From Cyanophora paradoxa CCMP329 (lineage: Eukaryota > Plantae > Glaucophyta): 64,000 bases of DNA. Positions 59,468 to 64,000 of this stretch are shown here, piece by piece. Where the stretch lies: assembly GCA_004431415.1 (NCBI GenBank), contig QPMI01000640.1:124001-188000 (forward strand). Direction: 5' to 3'. The translations under genes and the position numbers were made by a program. Within the stretch, counting starts at the first letter, position 1; each line of letters starts with the position of its first letter. The notes under the pieces are model-generated. The model made no database searches, was not told where the DNA came from, and saw only the letters and a list, made by a program, of their open reading frames with translations.

Positions 59468-60104
59468 CTCTCCAAACTTCAATCCACACCTACGTGCCCC
59501 ACGCGCAGGCGAGGTCGAGCAGGCGAGGTCGTGTGCCTGTGCGCTCCGCTATCTGCCTGTGCGCTCCGCTTCGCGTGAACTTGCAATCAATATTGGTAAC
59601 TGGGGTGTCTTGCTGGCCCAGCTGCAGTACTAGTGGCGCGCGGCTATAGCTAGCGCGCGCTCTGAAGGGAATTCAAATTCAGGCACCCCCCTTCCCCCCC
59701 ACCCCCGGCCCCACTCGAGGAACGGGCAACCATGCATGCAATGGCCACGAGCCAGCTGCAGCTGGAGCTATAGCTAGCGCTCAGCGGCTTGCGCGGCTCA
59801 TGCACCGGATGCTCGATGATGCATCGGCTTCTTCTGATCATATATAATCATGAGCCGCTGAGCGGAATCGATGTCGCGTGTCGGACGTCGATTATATATA
59901 GGTGGGCCTTTGTGAAGCGTTGAGCTCTCGAGCTTGCCCCTTCGCTGTCAATGCATTGTTAACCCTCGGAGGTTGCATGAGTCACGCGTCGCGGAGGTTT
60001 GGGTGTTATATTGCGATCAGGTACACGCTGCACTAACAGGGGGGCTAGCACTAACCGACGCGGGGAGTAACAGCCGGTGTACCCCTCGGGGGGCCTCCCG
60101 GCCT

Positions 60105-60886
60105 CTAACGATGCTCAGGCTCTAACTGAATGCTGTACCCCCCGCTGTTACTGCCCGAACCTTCCGAACTTGCGTAATTCGGCCTCGCCCTGTACCCAGT
60201 GGCTGGTGTCGTCCATCCATTCGCGTACCTCCCTCTGACGCTTGAGTGACTCACGCTGCTCGGGGGTAGGGGAGGGGGGCCTTCGAGGCGGGGTGGGGAA
60301 GGGGGTACGGTGGCAAAATTCAGCCACTCGGGGGGTATGCCGAATTCGCCGTGAACGATCCTCTGCGGTGTGAAATACCGGTCGCTGCTCACGGCCAAGT
60401 GGAAGAACGCGCTCCTGAGCCCGGAGAGGAAGCGTGGTTGCATGAATGGCTGCTGGAGGGACTCGTCGCGCCAGGGGGCTACGAAATCAATGATACGCTG
60501 CTGTACCTGCGCGGGCAGGGCAAGGATCTGGCTCTTGCGGTTCGCAAAGGCCGTCCACAGCGCTTGCAGGTCGGCCCAATCGCCGTTCAGATCCCTGCGT
60601 TCGCGCCTCAGGTACGATCTCGGGTTCTCTGTCATACCCATCAAGCCCGCGGCCCTGATCATCTCCCTGTCCGGGAGCTCTCGCTCGTCGTGGAATTCGT
60701 CTCTAATCCAGCGCACAAGGTAGAGCACGCGCTCCATGAAGTTCTCCGCCGGCGAGCCGCCCCTGAGGACGTGCGCCTCCCCTCCAGCACTGCGTTCGCA
60801 TCCTCCAAGTCCACGTTCCGCTGTCGAATCTCCCCGTCCAGGTCGCCGTTGTTGTACAGCACGTCGGACTCGCGTGTTCGCGCCAT
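60105..60886 (-). CDS. Hypothetical protein, paralogue 2 (one frameshift at ~60780)
   Basis: MARTRESDVLYNNG..AVLE / EAHVLRGGSPAENFMERVLYLVRWI...GRYANGWTTPATGY; the frameshift lies in a G run. Confidence 0.5.
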
Positions 60887-60906
60887 GCTCGCGGCTCGGT
60901 GAGAAT

Positions 60907-61611
60907 TTATACCTGTACCCCTACTCGCGGTCGGGGTACCTGTCGCCGGGCATCAGCCTCGCGCGCTTCCGCATCTCCGCCTCCCGGGTAGCCAGTTCTT
61001 CGGGTCGTTGCTCCACTCCTCCCATTCGCGTATGTCCCGTCTGACGTCACGCGGGGCGGGGCGTTTATCGGTGGGGCGGGCGGGGCTGGCAGGGCCTGGC
61101 GCGGGGGTTGAGGCCCCTGTTCCACGAGTACTCGGGTACTCTTCCCATCCCAGGGGTACCAGATTCATCGGAATTGGCTCAACTTCGAATTGGGGCTTTT
61201 TGACGTGATAATCATAGTTTGTGACATACGCCGTCACAGCCGAGCGCAAGCGCGAGAGTCGCGCAAATTTACGTCGTCCATTGCGAGTCCCTTGCCTTCG
61301 CGTACCACTCGAGGATTTGCATGCGAATGTGGTCCGGGAGGGTCGAGAGTATGCTGAGCTTGGAGCCCAGGGCGAACCAGATGCGCTTGAACTCGTCGAT
61401 AATCCTGCCCTCGTCGTGGCTCCGAACGTAAAGGGCCCCGCCAGAGTTGTAATGCGTGTCTAGCCACCCTGCCGGGCCAGCTCTAGCACCGGCCAGGGTT
61501 GGCGCTGTCGATTCGGTCGCGAGGCCTGCTCTACCACCAGCGTCTAAGGTCCTTGACCTGATCTATGAACTGTGCGATCACGTCCCTGGGCGCTTCCTCT
61601 GCATCCGACAT
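60907..61611 (-). pseudogene. Hypothetical protein, paralogue 1 (several frameshifts; decay or assembly error)
   Basis: Fragments MSDAEEAPRDVIAQFIDQVKDLRRW / EFKRIWFALGSKLSILSTLPDHIRMQILEW / RLSRLRSAV..VPLGWEEY / GTYANGRSGATTRRTGY align by eye with the neighbouring ORF. Confidence 0.5.
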
Positions 61612-61661
61612 TTGCAATTGCACACATCAAGAAATTCTAAACGCTACTGCGAGGCTACGCT

Positions 61662-62316
61662 ATGCATACCGATACAAATTGCGAGACTTTGCAACAGGGG
61701 AGCGCAGCGTGGCACGCGGCGCGCCGTGAAAAACTAACTGCATCTAATTTTGCGGCTGCGTGCGGCATAAACCCCTGGAAATCCAGGCCCGCCTGTGGCG
61801 GAGCTAAGCGGGATAGCGGAGGAAAACAACTTTGACAACCCTGCCCTAACCTATGGGCATGACTATGAGCCCCTCGCGGTCTCTCTCTACAAAACGTCGA
61901 ACAACAACGTGGACGTGCAACATACTGGATTGCACGAACATAAGGAACTGCCCTTCCTGGCGGGCAGCCCGGACGGGCTGATTGGAAGCGATCGTATACT
62001 TGAAATAAAATGCCCCTACAAACAAGAACTCTACGAAAAGGTCCCAACTTATTACATGCCCCAGCTCCAGGGCCTGCTGGACATAACGGGCCGCGACTGG
62101 GCCGAACTTTTCTGTTTCACGCCTCTGCGCGTGCAAACGTGGTACGTCAGACGGGACGAGAGGTACATCAAGCTCATGAGGAAGTGCTTACATCTATTTT
62201 GGATGCACGTCAAGGAGGGCACGCCGCCCGAGCCCTACAGCGATCGAATGAAGTCAGAGAACCTCAGCGAGGAGCAGGCGGCGCTGCGCGAGTTTAAGTC
62301 GTACGCCCTCCTCTAG
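61662..62316 (+). CDS. YqaJ-like viral recombinase / lambda-exonuclease family nuclease (frameshift at ~61790)
   Basis: N-terminal QGSAAWHAARREKLTASNFAAACG in one frame; YGHDYEP, PFLAGSPDGL, ILEIKCP and YYMPQLQGLL in the next frame. Confidence 0.88.
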
Positions 62317-62655
62317 TGTCCCGACCCTCTCAGATATTAATTTAAAGATCTGGGAGGGTCGGGACACGTCTCTTGGTCAGACTACTTATGTACGCCCTCC
62401 TCTAGTGTCTCGACCCTCTCAGATATTAATTTAAAGATCTGGGAGGGTCGGGACACGTCTCTTGGTCAGACTACTTATGTACGCCCTCCTCTAGTGTCTC
62501 GACCCTCTCAGATATTAATTTAAAGATCTGGGAGGGTCGGGACACGTCTCTTGGTCAGACTACTTATGTACGCCCTCCCTCCTCTAGTGTCCGGACCTTT
62601 CCAATAATCTATAAAGAAAGTAGGGAGGGTCCGGACACGTCTCTTGGTCGGACTC
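62302..62655. repeat. 89-bp tandem array (3 near-identical units plus 1 diverged), each with a 20-bp inverted repeat around an AT-rich loop
   Basis: Units start at 62302, 62391, 62480 and 62569. Arms GTGTCCCGACCCTCTCAGAT (62316-62335) and ATCTGGGAGGGTCGGGACAC (62348-62367). A related inverted copy lies at ~62932-62982. Confidence 0.93.
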
Positions 62656-63027
62656 ACCGTAGCTTGGTGTAGCTCAGGCCCAGGCGGGGAAGGCGAGTCT
62701 GCAATGAATCAGACCCCACAGGATTTGGTTGAGCTGCTCTTTGCAGGGGGCAGGAAGGCGGCCGCAGAGGGCTAGGGAGACTAGATCTAATTAGTAATCC
62801 CACACCGCGCATGTGCAAGCGACAGAGAACGAAGTGAGTAAATGCAGATCGATGATACGGCAATCATGAGTTGTTCAGAAAAGGTCGGGACACATAGAGA
62901 GTGCATGCCCTCACTCTCGTCCGCCCTCGCAATGTCCCGACCCTCCAGATCTTTAAATTAATATCTCAAAAGGTCGAGACATTCATTGATCATATGCATG
63001 ACGTCACTTGAATTCGCACGTTCGTAT

Positions 63028-64000
63028 TTACACACTGGCACGCGCATCCCGTTCGCGAAGTCCACACTGTGACATCCGACAATCACACGCGCCTGTGAAT
63101 GAGAGCATAGCAGTCGGAGAAAACGTTGTAAACCTCTGGAAGCTTGGCGCCATGCCTGCCCTTGCCTGCTTAGCCTGGCGCTCTACTGCGTCGTCGAGCA
63201 TGTCTTCCTCCCACGTGATGTAGCGTCGCTTTCGGCTGCCCATTTGCCCTCCGTCCGCGTCGGAGAAAGCGCGTCTCACTCCGAGGTACTTCTCCAGCAG
63301 GTACTTGATGACTTGCCAAGACTGCTGCGAGAGCCGCTTCTTCTCACCGTCCGCTGCATCGAAGCGGGGCGCGCGCTCGTCCAGACTCTGCAGAGCCGCG
63401 TACGCCTCCCGACCCTCCGGCGACGCCAGGGCCGCGTAGGCTTCGTCCGACCACAGAGCACGCCCCGCGAGCTTTCCATACCCCCGCCAGCCGAAGAGTT
63501 TCTTGAACAGCGCGACGACCTTCGATACCTTGAGGCGCTCAGCAGTAGGCACGATCTCGGCAACGTCCGCGCCATGCTTCAGCACCAGCGTGACCACGGC
63601 AGTGAGCGGGATGGAGTAGAACGAATCCCACATCCAGGCGACGTCTCCTTCGGTCAGCTCGCTCGGATCCTTGGCCAGGAACGCGGCGATCGACGTGCGA
63701 GCAAGCGAAGCAACCTTCTCGATGTCCAGCTTAGCGAGAGACTCGCGGGACTGCCTCCAGGCCAGCACCGTGCTCCACAGATCGACGGGCTCCAGCGCGC
63801 CCGCCTCCAGCACGCTCCTGATCTCGCGCAGCCGCTGCTCCTTCTCCTGCTTCGGTCCGCTCGGGTTTTGATCCTCCGTGACTTGCACGTTCATCAGCGC
63901 GCAGGTCGACATCAGCCGCAGGCGCGCTGCCACTGCGAGGCGCCGAGTGGGCATGCCGGCGCGGCGGCTCCCGCGGTGGCTAGCCTTCAGGTCCAGGTAG
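63028..64000 (-). CDS. Intronless hypothetical protein, probably the C-terminal part of a larger gene of the element
   Basis: Open frame of ~300 aa with protein-like composition (..WMWDSFYSIPL..VIKYLLEKYLGVRR..GSRKRRYITWE). No confident family assignment. Confidence 0.55.
   Translation of the reverse strand, partial: YLDLKASHRGSRRAGMPTRRLAVAARLRLMSTCALMNVQVTEDQNPSGPKQEKEQRLREIRSVLEAGALEPVDLWSTVLAWRQSRESLAKLDIEKVASLARTSIAAFLAKDPSELTEGDVAWMWDSFYSIPLTAVVTLVLKHGADVAEIVPTAERLKVSKVVALFKKLFGWRGYGKLAGRALWSDEAYAALASPEGREAYAALQSLDERAPRFDAADGEKKRLSQQSWQVIKYLLEKYLGVRRAFSDADGGQMGSRKRRYITWEEDMLDDAVERQAKQARAGMAPSFQRFTTFSPTAMLSFTGACDCRMSQCGLRERDARASV

Larger units (their letters stand above)
59890..64000. 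mobile_element. Intronless virus-like/selfish DNA insertion (endogenous viral element candidate); left boundary approximate, right end beyond the window
   Basis: Abrupt loss of host-type C/G-rich introns, more mixed base composition, tightly packed ORFs, a YqaJ nuclease and a palindromic repeat array. Confidence 0.6.

Noticed and set aside
62302-62655. CRISPR array
   Set aside because: The sequence between palindromes is identical from unit to unit (no unique spacers), the period is 89 bp, and no cas genes are present.

Overview
Eukaryotic nuclear DNA, very GC-rich and gene-dense, with many short (~50-130 nt) introns, so the six-frame ORF track is mostly shadow ORFs; I spliced the gene models by eye. 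Transit peptides with an N-terminal Phe (MFVASVP..., MLFAAPV...) suggest a glaucophyte-like alga (inference). Genes in order: LEA-like protein built from tandem exon+intron units (-); plastid NAD(P)-binding Rossmann protein (+); NifS/selenocysteine-lyase-SelD fusion (+); GH99 endomannosidase (+); acyltransferase-3 (+); protein kinase (-); helical-repeat protein (-); hAT-type MITE; DPY-repeat DUF4614-like protein (+); a single-chain haem-peroxidase-DOMON-cytochrome b561-cytochrome b5-FAD/NAD(P)H reductase (+); serine acetyltransferase (-); CLC transporter (+); small membrane protein (-); RBR-type E3 ligase (+); a hidden 60-aa Cys-rich protein (-); TatD (+); TFIIH p62 (-); RPL36 (+); H/ACA snoRNA cluster; PHOSPHO-type phosphatase (-); and from ~59.9 kb an intronless virus-like element with a YqaJ nuclease, paralogous ORFs and an 89-bp hairpin array. 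The best candidate for an undescribed system is the peroxidase-DOMON-b561-b5-reductase, a DUOX-like transmembrane electron chain built from different modules. The NifS-SelD fusion, the high GC-AG intron frequency and the viral element come next. No database searches were run, and some frameshifts look like homopolymer assembly errors.
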